From: Mycobacteriaceae bacterium
GTDB taxonomy: Bacteria > Actinomycetota > Actinomycetes > Mycobacteriales > Mycobacteriaceae
Direction: 5' to 3'
Length of the DNA stretch: 56,426 bases
Assembly: GCA_039923155.1 (NCBI GenBank)
Contig: JBDTDI010000158.1
Span: forward strand, 1 to 56,426
The notes below the pieces were generated by a model. It was given only the letters and a program-made list of their open reading frames with translations. It was not told the DNA's origin and did not search any database. Each line of letters opens with the position of its first letter. Within the stretch, counting starts at the first letter, position 1. Below, piece by piece: positions 9,715 through 20,260 of this stretch. The translations under genes were made by a program, and so were the position numbers.

Positions 9715-11076
9715 GTGACGAGCGGGGGCGAGCGGGGTGGGACCGCAGCAGCCGTGGGACCGGCCGCGAACGACGCTGCGCTCGGTCGCGCCACGTACCT
9801 GACCGTGGCGCGGCGGCTGTTGCCGCTGCTGGGGGCGTGCTACTTCCTGTCCTACCTGGACCGGACCAACGTCTCCGTCGCCGCGCTGACCATGAACGCC
9901 GATCTCGGCATCTCCTCCACCGCGTTCGGCCTCGGGGCGGGGCTGTTCTTCATCGGCTACTTCATCTTCGAGGTGCCGAGCAACATGATCCTGCACCGCG
10001 TGGGGGCCAGCCGCTGGATCGCCCGCATCATGATCACCTGGGGCATCGTCGCGGCCGCGCAGGCTCTCGTGCGGGGCGAGACGTCGTTCTACGTCGCCCG
10101 GATCGTGCTCGGCATCATGGAGGCCGGCTTCTTCCCCGGTGCCATCCTCTACCTGACCCTGTGGTTCCCCGCTGCGCAGCGAGCGCGGGTGGTGGGCCTG
10201 TTCATGCTGGCCGTTCCCCTGTCCACGGCCGTGGGCGCCCCGGTCGGTGGGTTGCTGCTGAAGCTGGACGGTGTCGCCGGCCTCGCCGGGTGGCAGTGGT
10301 TGTTCGTCATCGAGGGCGTACCCACCGTGCTGATCGGCTTCGTCGTCCTGAAGTTCCTCACCGACTCCCCGGAAAAGGCTGACTGGCTGGGCGCCGACCA
10401 GCGCCGGTGGCTGACCGACACCCTGCTCGCCGAGGCCCGCCAGACCGAGTCCAGGCACGGCATGACCGCCCGCCAGGCGCTGTTCGACCGCCGGGTGCTG
10501 ACCCTGTCCGGGGTGTACTTCGCCCTCGTCTTCGGTCTCTACGGACTGGGGTTCTGGATCCCCACGATCATCAAGACGAACCTGGCCATCTCCGACAACC
10601 TCACCGTCACCCTGCTCACCGCCGCCCCCTACGCGGTCGGGGTGGTGGCCATCGTGGCGTGGGGCCGCCTGGTGGACCGCCGCGGACAGGCCCGCAAGCT
10701 CACCGCGGGCCCCATGCTCGTGGGCGGGCTCGCCCTGGCGGTCACGGCCCTGGCGACCTCCCTGCCCTGGCTCGGCTACGCCGGCCTGTTCGTGTGCGCG
10801 GTGGCCATCATGGCCTCGTTCCCCGGGTTCTGGACCCTGCCCAGCTCGTTCCTCTCCGGCGCAGCCGCCGCCGTGGGGATCGCCGTGGTCAACGCCATCG
10901 GCAACCTTTCCGGGTTCGCCGGGCCCTACTGGGTGGGGCTGCTCACCGACCTGTTCGGCCAGGCGAAGTGGGGACTCGTGTCCATCGGGGCCGTCATGGC
11001 CATCGGGGCGGTGGTCGTGATCACCATGGGTCCACCCGGTTCGCGGCAACCCGCACAGCCCACGCAGCCCGGCTGA
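9715..11076 (+). CDS. MFS transporter (ACS/tartrate-like)
   Basis: YLDRTNVS, FFIGYFIFEVPSN, EAGFFPG, GWQWLFVIEGVP; many hydrophobic segments. Confidence 0.92.
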   Translation: MTSGGERGGTAAAVGPAANDAALGRATYLTVARRLLPLLGACYFLSYLDRTNVSVAALTMNADLGISSTAFGLGAGLFFIGYFIFEVPSNMILHRVGASRWIARIMITWGIVAAAQALVRGETSFYVARIVLGIMEAGFFPGAILYLTLWFPAAQRARVVGLFMLAVPLSTAVGAPVGGLLLKLDGVAGLAGWQWLFVIEGVPTVLIGFVVLKFLTDSPEKADWLGADQRRWLTDTLLAEARQTESRHGMTARQALFDRRVLTLSGVYFALVFGLYGLGFWIPTIIKTNLAISDNLTVTLLTAAPYAVGVVAIVAWGRLVDRRGQARKLTAGPMLVGGLALAVTALATSLPWLGYAGLFVCAVAIMASFPGFWTLPSSFLSGAAAAVGIAVVNAIGNLSGFAGPYWVGLLTDLFGQAKWGLVSIGAVMAIGAVVVITMGPPGSRQPAQPTQPG

Positions 11077-11090
11077 GCGCTGCGCCGTGC

Positions 11091-13208
11091 TCAGCCGGCG
11101 TTGAGGGGTCGGGCGCCGAGCTCGCTGGCGAGCAGCTCCAGGGCCACCTCGTGCGGGTCGCGACGCTCCACCGACCCGGCGTCCACCGGGTGTGCCGCCT
11201 CCTGCAGCAACGCTTCCTCGTCGTCGGCCTCGGGCGCGGCCCCCGCCGGTTCTGGGTCGTCGGGGTCGGACGGCTCGTCGGGCAGCGGGACGGCCTCGGG
11301 GCCGGTGGGGACACCGGAGCCCCCGTCCGCACCCCCTGCGCGCACCGGGCGCGTGTAGCGCGGGCCCCCCGCCGGTCGCTGGACGCGGGAGGCCGCGGCG
11401 GGCGTCGACGGCGCAGGCTGCGCCTCGACCGACTCGCACACCACGGTCCAGTCCACGCCCAGCACGTCGCGCAGCGCCTCGCGGACGACGTCGGCGTTGC
11501 GTGACTCCGTGATCCGCTTGGCCAGCGGCGCCGAGTCGTGGCTCAGGACCAGGGTGTCGCCCTCGATCCGGCGCACCGTGGCGCTGGAGAGCATCACCTC
11601 CGTGGTGCGGCTGCGCGTGCGGACGGCGTTGCGCACCTCCGACCACACCCGGCGCACCGCCGCCGCGTCGGGCTGACCGGCCAGGGGACGCCTCGGCGCC
11701 CCGGACCGGCCCGGGGGCACGTCCTCGACTCCTTCCTGCTGATCAACAGGACCGGAGGGTGGCACCGACGGCGTTCTCGGCGCCCCGACGTCCGGTTGAT
11801 CATCGGCGGCTGAGGGGGACGGGACAGCGGTCGAGGGGTCGGGCTCCTCCTCGACCGTGGCGGCCGGGCGACCGGTGGACGGAGCCGCCACCGTGGCCTC
11901 GTCCTCGGCCGCCGGCGCCTCGGTGTCGTCGTTCTCCGGGGCCGTTCTCGCGGCGCCGTCCTCGACAACCTCACCGGCCGATCGGCTCTCCGGTTGCGCA
12001 GCCCGCCGCGACGGCCGCTGGTAGGCCGAGGCCTGGTCCTCGCTCGGCGGGGTGATGGTCATCCGCCGCTCCACCCGCTCCAGGCGCTGCAGCACCGCCG
12101 ACTCCGCGTCGGACGCCGAGGGCAGCAGCATCCGGGCGCACACCACCTCGAGCAGCAGCCGCGGGGCGGTGGCACCGCGCATCTCGGTCAGCCCGGCGTG
12201 CACCACCTCGGCGTAGCGCGTCAGGGTTGCCGCACCGATGCGTTCGGCTTCGGAGACCATCCGCTCCAGCACGTCCCCCGGGGCGTCGACCAGGCCCCGC
12301 TCACCGGCGTCGGGCACGGCGCGCAGCAGGATCAGGTCACGGAAGCGGTCGAGCAGGTCGACGGCGAAGCGCCGCGGGTCGTGCCCGGCCTCCACGAGAC
12401 GGTCCACCGCCCCGAACAGCTCGGCCCCGTCCTGCGCGGCCAGCGCATCGACCGCGTCGTCGATCAGCCCGACGTCGGTGACGCCGAGCAGCGACAGGGC
12501 GCGGGCGTAGGTCACCCCCTCGGGACCGGCGCCGGCCAGCAGCTGGTCGAGCACGCTCAACGAGTCGCGCGGCGAGCCGCCGCCGGCCCGGATGACCAGC
12601 GGGTACACCGCCTGCTCCACCGTCACCTGCTCCTGGACGCAGATGCGCTCGAGCAGTCCGCGCATCACGGCGGGGGCGAGCAGGCGGAACGGGTAGTGGT
12701 GGGTGCGCGAGCGGATGGTGGGTAGCACCTTGTCCGGCTCCGTCGTCGCGAAGATGAACACCACGTGCTCCGGTGGCTCCTCGACGATCTTCAGCAGGGC
12801 GTTGAAGCCCTGCGTGGTGACCATGTGCGCCTCGTCGATGATGAAGATGCGGTAGCGCGCCGACGCCGGTGAGAACCCGGCGTGGTCGCGCAGCTCGCGG
12901 GTGTCGTCGACCCCGCCGTGGCTGGCGGCATCGAGCTCGGTGACGTCGAACGTCCCCGCCCCACCCGGGCCCAGCCCGACACACGAGTCGCACACCCCGC
13001 AGGGGCGCGACGTCGGGCCCTGCACGCAGTTCAGCGAACGCGCCAGGATGCGCGCGGAGGACGTCTTACCGCAGCCCCGGGGCCCGCTGAACAGGTATGC
13101 GTGGTTGATCCGCCCCGCGTCGAGAGCGGTGGACAGCGGCTCGGTGACGTGCTCCTGCCCGATGACGTCGGCGAACGTCGCCGGGCGGTACTTCCGGTAC
13201 AGGGCCAC
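11091..13208 (-). CDS. dnaX: DNA polymerase III subunits gamma/tau
   Basis: LYRKYRP, GPRGCGKTS Walker A, IIDEAHM, TIRSR; Pro/Ala-rich linker; C-terminal LLASELGARPL. Confidence 0.98.
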   Translation of the reverse strand: MALYRKYRPATFADVIGQEHVTEPLSTALDAGRINHAYLFSGPRGCGKTSSARILARSLNCVQGPTSRPCGVCDSCVGLGPGGAGTFDVTELDAASHGGVDDTRELRDHAGFSPASARYRIFIIDEAHMVTTQGFNALLKIVEEPPEHVVFIFATTEPDKVLPTIRSRTHHYPFRLLAPAVMRGLLERICVQEQVTVEQAVYPLVIRAGGGSPRDSLSVLDQLLAGAGPEGVTYARALSLLGVTDVGLIDDAVDALAAQDGAELFGAVDRLVEAGHDPRRFAVDLLDRFRDLILLRAVPDAGERGLVDAPGDVLERMVSEAERIGAATLTRYAEVVHAGLTEMRGATAPRLLLEVVCARMLLPSASDAESAVLQRLERVERRMTITPPSEDQASAYQRPSRRAAQPESRSAGEVVEDGAARTAPENDDTEAPAAEDEATVAAPSTGRPAATVEEEPDPSTAVPSPSAADDQPDVGAPRTPSVPPSGPVDQQEGVEDVPPGRSGAPRRPLAGQPDAAAVRRVWSEVRNAVRTRSRTTEVMLSSATVRRIEGDTLVLSHDSAPLAKRITESRNADVVREALRDVLGVDWTVVCESVEAQPAPSTPAAASRVQRPAGGPRYTRPVRAGGADGGSGVPTGPEAVPLPDEPSDPDDPEPAGAAPEADDEEALLQEAAHPVDAGSVERRDPHEVALELLASELGARPLNAG

Positions 13209-13271
13209 GGCACCGGACCCTACCGGCGGACCCCGACCTCGGCACCCACCCCGCAGGTCGCACGCACCTGC

Positions 13272-13339
13272 CCCGCGAATAGCACGCTACCCGTACGGTT
13301 TCGGTCCGCCGTGCGTACGAGAAGCGTGCTATTTGCGGG
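13272..13339. repeat. Long intergenic inverted repeat (terminator- or REP-like hairpin)
   Basis: cccgcgaatagcacgct (13272) pairs with agcgtgctatttgcggg (ends 13339), 16/17; inner cgtacg/cgtacg. Lies between the aminotransferase stop and the dnaX start. Confidence 0.7.
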
Positions 13340-13361
13340 ACGGGGGAGTGCCGTGGCGCGC

Positions 13362-14648
<1,287 letters not shown>

Positions 14649-14685
14649 TCAGGATCGCGGGCGAGCTCGGGACCAACACGAAGAA

Positions 14686-14775
14686 GGGGACCCCGCGCAC
14701 CCGCCAGAGCCCGTTGACCCTTGCTGCCTTCCGGCCCTGGGGGAGTTCACAGGATGGACGCCGCGCGGGGTCCGC
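14686..14775 (-). ncRNA. ffs: Signal recognition particle small RNA
   Basis: Minus strand reads ggaccccgcgc...cagggccggaaggcagcaaggg...gcgcggggtcc: SRP helix-8 motif with a closing terminal stem. Confidence 0.93.
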
Positions 14776-14837
14776 AGATCAGCCTACCGGCCGGTGGTGG
14801 TCGGGGTGAACCGCGGAGTCCCGCTACACTCGTCGGC

Positions 14838-14925
14838 GGAGGATTCGCCTAGTGGCCTATGGCGCTCGCCTGGAACGCGGGTTGGGTTAACGCCCTCGGG
14901 GGTTCAAATCCCCCATCCTCCGCCA
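14838..14925 (+). tRNA. tRNA-Ser(GGA)
   Basis: ggaggat/atcctcc acceptor stem, anticodon arm ctcgc-ctGGAac-gcggg, long variable arm, gttcaaatc, encoded CCA; TACACT upstream. Confidence 0.96.
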
Positions 14926-14958
14926 GCCCGCCCCCGGACCTCTGGTTCGGGGGCGGCT
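14926..14958 (+). terminator. GC-rich hairpin after tRNA-Ser(GGA), possibly bidirectional
   Basis: cgcccccggacc-tct-ggttcgggggcg stem-loop between the tRNA and the convergent GGDEF-EAL gene. Confidence 0.6.
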
Positions 14959-14980
14959 TCGCGCCACCAGCTTCGTAGGA

Positions 14981-17803
14981 TCAGTCGACGTCCAGGGTGC
15001 GGGCGCTCCACCAGGTCTCCAGGTCCGGCGCGGGCATGGCCCGGGCCCACAGCTCACCCTGTCCGGTCCGCACGCCGAGGCGTCGCAGCTCGGCCAGCTG
15101 CTCGTGCGTCTCGACTCCCTCGGCCACCACCTCCAGGGCCAGCGCCGCCGCCAGGCCGACGACGGCAGCCACGATGGGGCGGTCGTCGGAACCTGCTGCG
15201 TCGAGACCGGAGATGAACGACCGGTCGACCTTCAGCGTGTCCACCGGCAGCTGCTTCAGGGCGGCCAGACAGGAGTAGCCGGTCCCGAAGTCGTCGATCG
15301 ACACCCGCACCCCGAGCTCGCGCAGAGCCAGCAGGGTGTCGACCGTGGCGTGACCCTGCGCCATCACGACCGATTCCGTCGTCTCCAGCCGCAGCGCGCT
15401 GGGCGGCAGGCCGACCTCGTCGAGGAAGCGCGACAGGTCCGCGCAGAGGTCAGGATCCGCGAGCTGGCGGGCGGAGACGTTCACCGCCACCCAGAGCTCG
15501 CTGGCACCGGGCAGCGTGGCCCGCCAGTAGGCCAGCTGCGCACCGACGTGACGCAGCACCCACCGCCCGACGGGCACCATGGCCCCGGCCTGCTCGGCCA
15601 GCTCGACGAAGTCGGCCGGGTGCAGCAGACCCCGGTCGGGGTGCTCCCAGCGCAGCAGCGCCTCCACCCCGACCACGCGCAGGCCGTCGAGGTCCAGCAC
15701 CGGCTGGTAGTGCATCCGCAGCTCGTCGCGGTCCAGCCCGTTGCCCAGCGCCACGGCGATGTCCAGCCGCTCCGCGGCCAAAGCGTGCATGGTGGCGTCG
15801 AAGAGCACGGTGCGGGCGCGGCCACGCCCCTTGGCCTGGTACATCGCGGAGTCGGCGTCGCGCAGCAGGGAGTGGGCGTCACTGCCGGCGCCCCCGGCCG
15901 CCACGCCCGCGCTGACCGTGACCTGCACCTCGCGACCCTCGAGTGCGAACGGCTCGCGCATGGCATCGTGGATCCGCTCACCCAGCCCGTCGACGTCGGC
16001 GGGGGCGATCCCCTCGCACACCAGCACGAACTCGTCGCCACCGAACCGGGCCAGGGTGTCGCGCGGGCGCACCGCCGCCTGCAGCCTGCGCGCCACCTGG
16101 ATCAGCAGCGCGTCACCGGCGGCGTGCCCGAGCCCGTCGTTGATGACCTTGAACTCGTCGATGTCGAGAAACACCACCGCGACCGTCTCCGGGTTGCGCT
16201 GCACCCGGGCCAGGGCCTGCTCGATGCGGTCGACCAGCAGGTCGCGGTTGGGCAACCCGGTCAACGGGTCGTGGAAGGCCCGGTGCTCGAGCTCGAGCTC
16301 GGCCTGGCGGCGGGCGGTGATGTCCTGCAGCTGGACGGCGAACAACGCCGGCGCGCCCCCGTCGTCGAGCACCAACGACGCCGTCTTCTCCACCCACACG
16401 ATCTCACCGTCCGCACGCCGCATCCGGTGCTGGGCGGTGAAGCTCAGGGGGCCCTCGGCCAGCATCGTCTCCCGCGGTGTGACCAGCGCCGGGTCCTCGT
16501 CCGCGAGCATGAAGTCGGCGGACCGGACCCCGATGACCCGCTCGAGCGGCTGGCCGACGATGGCCAGGAACGCCGAGTTGGCCATGGTGACGTGGCCCTC
16601 GAGGTCGGTGGTGATCATGCCCAGCGCGGAGCGCTCGAAGCTCTGCCGCATGCTCGCCTCGGCGCTGCGCCGCTCGGCGTCGGCCACCCGCAGCCGGGTG
16701 ATGTCCTGCGTGGTGCCCAGCGCGGTGCGGGTGGGCTCGGTGGTGTCCAGCGCCAGCACCTCCCGAACCCAGCGAACCTCACCGTTCGGGCGCACGAGGC
16801 GCAGCTCCTGGACCGGAGGGCTGACGCCGGCCCGCAGCCGCTCGAAGTTGGCCTGGGCCTGCGCCCGGTCGTCGGGGTGCACGACGGCGAGGAAGCCCTC
16901 GAAGCTCAGCTGGGGCTCGGGTTCCAAACCGAAGATGCGCCACGCCTCCGCCGACCAGGTCCTGGTCCCGGTGACGAGGTCGATCTCGCAGCTGCCGACG
17001 TGGGCCAGCGCCTGCGCGGCGGCCAGCCGAGCGCGGTCGGCCTCGGCGGCACGTTGCAGGGCCAGCCGCTCGGAGACGTCGCGGGCGATCCCGGAGAAAC
17101 CGATCACCGAGCCGTCCCTGGCCACCGTCCGCGACACCCGCAGCTCGGTGACGAACTCCGCGCCGTCCTTGCGCAGGCCCCCGGCCTGCCTCGGGCGCAC
17201 CCGCTTGCCCGCCGCCACCGCGCCGAGCAGCTCGTGCAGCCCGTCGGCCTGGTCGTCGGGCACCAGCTCGTAGATCGAGCGTCCCAACACCTCCTCGGCC
17301 GTCCACCCGTACATCTGCTCGCAGGCCGGGTTCCAGCTCGCGATCCGACCCTCGATGTCGAGCCCGGTGATCGCGTCGGCCGAGGACTCCACCATCGACG
17401 AGAGGCGACGGATGAGCCCGTCCTCCGGGTCCACCGGACCCACCTCACGAATGTCCCAGGCCACCTCGACCACCCAGTCGTCCTGGCGGATTCCGCGACC
17501 GGTGACCTCGACGCGGACGGGCACCCCACCCCGGGCCGGTGCGGTGACGGTGCCCGACCAGGACGCACCGCTGGTGACCAGGGCGAGGACCGGGCGCACG
17601 CTCCAGGAGCGCGGCAGAACCACACCCCCGATGTTGCGCCCGACGAGATCGGCCCTGGGCAGCCCGTACAGCGCCTGCGCCTCGGGGTTGGCGCGCAGCA
17701 CCACGCCGGCCAGGTCGGTGGCCATCGTCGCGTGGGCCACCCGGAGCGGCCCGGGCGCGGAGACCTCCGGCGCCGCTCCTGCCAACCGACTGCTGTCGTC
17801 CAT
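14981..17803 (-). CDS. Multi-PAS diguanylate cyclase/phosphodiesterase (PAS-GGDEF-EAL)
   Basis: About four PAS-like segments, HDPLTGLPNR, RPRD I-site before RFGGDEF, VEALLRW, DDFGTGYS, VAEGVET. Confidence 0.95.
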   Translation of the reverse strand: MDDSSRLAGAAPEVSAPGPLRVAHATMATDLAGVVLRANPEAQALYGLPRADLVGRNIGGVVLPRSWSVRPVLALVTSGASWSGTVTAPARGGVPVRVEVTGRGIRQDDWVVEVAWDIREVGPVDPEDGLIRRLSSMVESSADAITGLDIEGRIASWNPACEQMYGWTAEEVLGRSIYELVPDDQADGLHELLGAVAAGKRVRPRQAGGLRKDGAEFVTELRVSRTVARDGSVIGFSGIARDVSERLALQRAAEADRARLAAAQALAHVGSCEIDLVTGTRTWSAEAWRIFGLEPEPQLSFEGFLAVVHPDDRAQAQANFERLRAGVSPPVQELRLVRPNGEVRWVREVLALDTTEPTRTALGTTQDITRLRVADAERRSAEASMRQSFERSALGMITTDLEGHVTMANSAFLAIVGQPLERVIGVRSADFMLADEDPALVTPRETMLAEGPLSFTAQHRMRRADGEIVWVEKTASLVLDDGGAPALFAVQLQDITARRQAELELEHRAFHDPLTGLPNRDLLVDRIEQALARVQRNPETVAVVFLDIDEFKVINDGLGHAAGDALLIQVARRLQAAVRPRDTLARFGGDEFVLVCEGIAPADVDGLGERIHDAMREPFALEGREVQVTVSAGVAAGGAGSDAHSLLRDADSAMYQAKGRGRARTVLFDATMHALAAERLDIAVALGNGLDRDELRMHYQPVLDLDGLRVVGVEALLRWEHPDRGLLHPADFVELAEQAGAMVPVGRWVLRHVGAQLAYWRATLPGASELWVAVNVSARQLADPDLCADLSRFLDEVGLPPSALRLETTESVVMAQGHATVDTLLALRELGVRVSIDDFGTGYSCLAALKQLPVDTLKVDRSFISGLDAAGSDDRPIVAAVVGLAAALALEVVAEGVETHEQLAELRRLGVRTGQGELWARAMPAPDLETWWSARTLDVD

Positions 17804-17869
17804 CTCGCACCCCTGTCCAACCCGCGGCCGCCCACGGGCCAGGGGCGGACGCGCTCGCCGGAGGACGCG

Positions 17870-17959
17870 TGGCGGTAGCGGTGGGATTTGAACCCACGGA
17901 GGGTTTTAACCCTCACACGCTTTCGAGGCGTGCTCCTTAGGCCGCTCGGACACGCTACC
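17870..17959 (-). tRNA. tRNA-Ser(CGA)
   Basis: Minus strand ggtagcg...cacgc-ctCGAaa-gcgtg...gttcaaatc...cgctaccGCCA. Confidence 0.96.
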
Positions 17960-17985
17960 GACGAGCACCATACCGGACCGAGCGC

Positions 17986-18447
17986 TCACGTGGAGCGACG
18001 GTGATCACGAAACCACGCCACCAGCGCCGCCCCGCACTCCTCGGCGAGCACCCCGCCGCGCACCTGCGGTCGGTGGGTCAGGCGCCGGTCACGCACCACG
18101 TCCCACAACGAGCCGACGGCGCCGGTCCGCGGTTCCCACGCGCCGAACACGACGGCGTCCACCCGGGCCATGACCGCCGCACCGGCGCACATGGTGCACG
18201 GCTCGAGGTTGACCACCAGCGTGCACCCCGACAGACGCCAACCGTCGCCGTGCACCGCGGCCGCGGCCCGCAGCGCGAGCATCTCCGCGTGGGCGGTCGG
18301 GTCACCGGTGGCCTCCCGGGCGTTGACCGCGCGGGCCAGCACCGCGCCGTCCGCACCGACGACCAGCGCCCCCACCGGCACGTCGTCGCCCTGGGTCGTG
18401 CCCGCCAGCGCGAGGGCCTCGCGGACGAGCGTCTCGTCGGAGCGCAC
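17986..18447 (-). CDS. tadA: tRNA adenosine(34) deaminase
   Basis: Start GTG 18447 (VRSDETL); DVPVGAL, DPTAHAE, LEPCTMCAGA zinc motifs. Confidence 0.92.
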   Translation of the reverse strand: MRSDETLVREALALAGTTQGDDVPVGALVVGADGAVLARAVNAREATGDPTAHAEMLALRAAAAVHGDGWRLSGCTLVVNLEPCTMCAGAAVMARVDAVVFGAWEPRTGAVGSLWDVVRDRRLTHRPQVRGGVLAEECGAALVAWFRDHRRST

Positions 18448-18451
18448 CGGC

Positions 18452-18985
18452 TCAGCCCCCGAAGGCGTCGACCGCCCTGGCCAGCTCGTCGGCGAAGCCG
18501 CAGCGCTCAGCGATCTTGGTGAGCTGCTCGTCGGGGTAGAGGTCGGAGTCGTCGACGATGATGCTGAGCACCGCCTCGGGCAGGCCGACGTCGTCCAGCA
18601 GGGCCAGGTCGCCCTCCGGCCAGGGCTCGGCGTCGTCGGCGTCGTCGGCGCCGTCCTCGGGGTCGTCAGGCATCTCGACGTGCAACAGCTCCAGCGCCCG
18701 CTCGGCGATGTCGTAGTCCAGGGCGGCGGTCGCGTCCGACAGCAGCAGCGCCACGCCGCGTGGGCTGGGGCGCACCACCAGGAAGAACTCGTCGTCCACG
18801 TCCAGCAGCCCGAACGCGGCTCCACCGCTGCGAAGCTCCTTGAGCTCGGTGACGGCGACGTCGAGGTCGGTCAGGGCCTGGCGACTCAGGGCCCGACAGG
18901 TCCAGCGGCCCTCCTCGCGAACCACCGCGACCGCGTACCCGTCCATCTCCGCGTCGGTGTTGCTGTCGGAGCCCGCGGGTGCCAT
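18452..18985 (-). CDS. tRNA adenosine deaminase-associated protein (Rv3753c-like)
   Basis: Acidic protein GYAVAVVREEGRW...VDDEFF...LLLSDATAALDYDIA; directly upstream of tadA. Confidence 0.85.
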   Translation of the reverse strand: MAPAGSDSNTDAEMDGYAVAVVREEGRWTCRALSRQALTDLDVAVTELKELRSGGAAFGLLDVDDEFFLVVRPSPRGVALLLSDATAALDYDIAERALELLHVEMPDDPEDGADDADDAEPWPEGDLALLDDVGLPEAVLSIIVDDSDLYPDEQLTKIAERCGFADELARAVDAFGG

Positions 18986-19066
18986 GGGCTCACGCTAGCG
19001 GGGCGTGGGCAACCTGAGCACCACCAGAACGGTGGGCACACCCCGCCGACTGCGAGGATCGTGGGC

Positions 19067-20260
19067 GTGACCCACCCCCTGCACGCCGCCGCCCGGCTCC
19101 AGCAGCCACACACCCTGGCCCTGCGGCGCGCGCTGCACGCCGATCCGGAGGTGGGCCTGCAGCTGCCGCGCACCCAGGCGGCCCTGCTCGCCGCGCTGGA
19201 CGGGCTGGGGCTGAAGCTGAGCACCGGGAAGCGTTGCACGTCGGTGATCGGGGTGCTGCGCGGCGCCCACCCCGGCCCGACGGTCCTGCTGCGGGCGGAC
19301 ATGGACGCGCTGGAGGTGAGCGAGGACACCGGGCTCGACTTCGCCTCCAGACGTCCGGGGGTGATGCACGCGTGCGGGCACGACACCCACATGGCCATGC
19401 TCGCCTCGGCGGCCCGGCTGCTCAGCGACCGACGGTCCGAGCTGCACGGGCAGGTGCTGCTGATGTTCCAGCCCGGCGAGGAAGGTCTGCACGGAGCCCG
19501 ACTGATGCTCGAGGAGGGTCTGCTGCGCGAGCACCGGCCCGTCTCCGCCTTCGCGCTGCACATCTCCGCGACCGTGGCGGCGGGGCTGGTGCAGACCCGG
19601 GCGGGGGCGATGATGGCCAGCACCGACACCCTGCGGGTCACGGTCACCGGGCGCGGCGGCCACGCCAGTGCCCCCGAGCAGGCTCTGGACCCGGTGCCCG
19701 CGGCCGCGGCGATGGTGGGCGCGCTGCAGACGATGGTGGGTCGGCGGGTGGGGGTGTTCGACCCGGCGGTGGTGACCGTCTCCCACCTGTGGGCGGGCAC
19801 GACGCACAACATCATCCCGGAGACCGCGCACCTGGAGGGGACGCTGCGCTGCCTGTCGGACTCGACGCGGTCGCGGCTGCGCGAGCTGGTGCACCGGGTG
19901 TGCGAGCACACGGCCGCGGCGCACGGCTGCACCGCTGAGGTGAGCCTGGAACCGGGCTACCCCGTGACGGTCAACGACGCGGCGGTCGTCGAGCGGGTGC
20001 GGGCGCTGACCACCGACATCCTGGGCCCGCAGGCCGCCCCGGAGATGCCTGACCCGCTGATGGGCGGCGAGGACTTCTCCTACGTGCTCGCCGAGGTGCC
20101 GGGCGCAATGGCCTTCCTGGGCGCGTGCCCGCCGACGATCTCACCGTTGGACGCCCCGGCCAACCACAGCAACCGGGTGGTCTTCGACGAGGACTCGCTG
20201 CCCGACGGGGTGGCGCTGCTGGCCGGCTTCGCTCTGTCCGAGCTGGCGGGTGCCCGGTGA
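19067..20260 (+). CDS. M20 family amidohydrolase (hippurate hydrolase-like)
   Basis: LRRALHADPE, LRADMDAL, MHACGHDTH, FQPGEEG, GRGGHAS, GGEDFS. Confidence 0.92.
   Translation: MTHPLHAAARLQQPHTLALRRALHADPEVGLQLPRTQAALLAALDGLGLKLSTGKRCTSVIGVLRGAHPGPTVLLRADMDALEVSEDTGLDFASRRPGVMHACGHDTHMAMLASAARLLSDRRSELHGQVLLMFQPGEEGLHGARLMLEEGLLREHRPVSAFALHISATVAAGLVQTRAGAMMASTDTLRVTVTGRGGHASAPEQALDPVPAAAAMVGALQTMVGRRVGVFDPAVVTVSHLWAGTTHNIIPETAHLEGTLRCLSDSTRSRLRELVHRVCEHTAAAHGCTAEVSLEPGYPVTVNDAAVVERVRALTTDILGPQAAPEMPDPLMGGEDFSYVLAEVPGAMAFLGACPPTISPLDAPANHSNRVVFDEDSLPDGVALLAGFALSELAGAR

Noticed and set aside
9683-9718. 11-codon ORF (MSTVASGRAAS) bridging the peptidase stop and the MFS start
   Set aside because: It overlaps both neighbours by 4 nt, but it is too short to distinguish from chance or a frameshifted MFS start.
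11091-13208. Programmed frameshift or intein in dnaX
   Set aside because: No A-rich slippery site or intein motifs were seen; the extra length is a low-complexity Pro/Ala/acidic linker.
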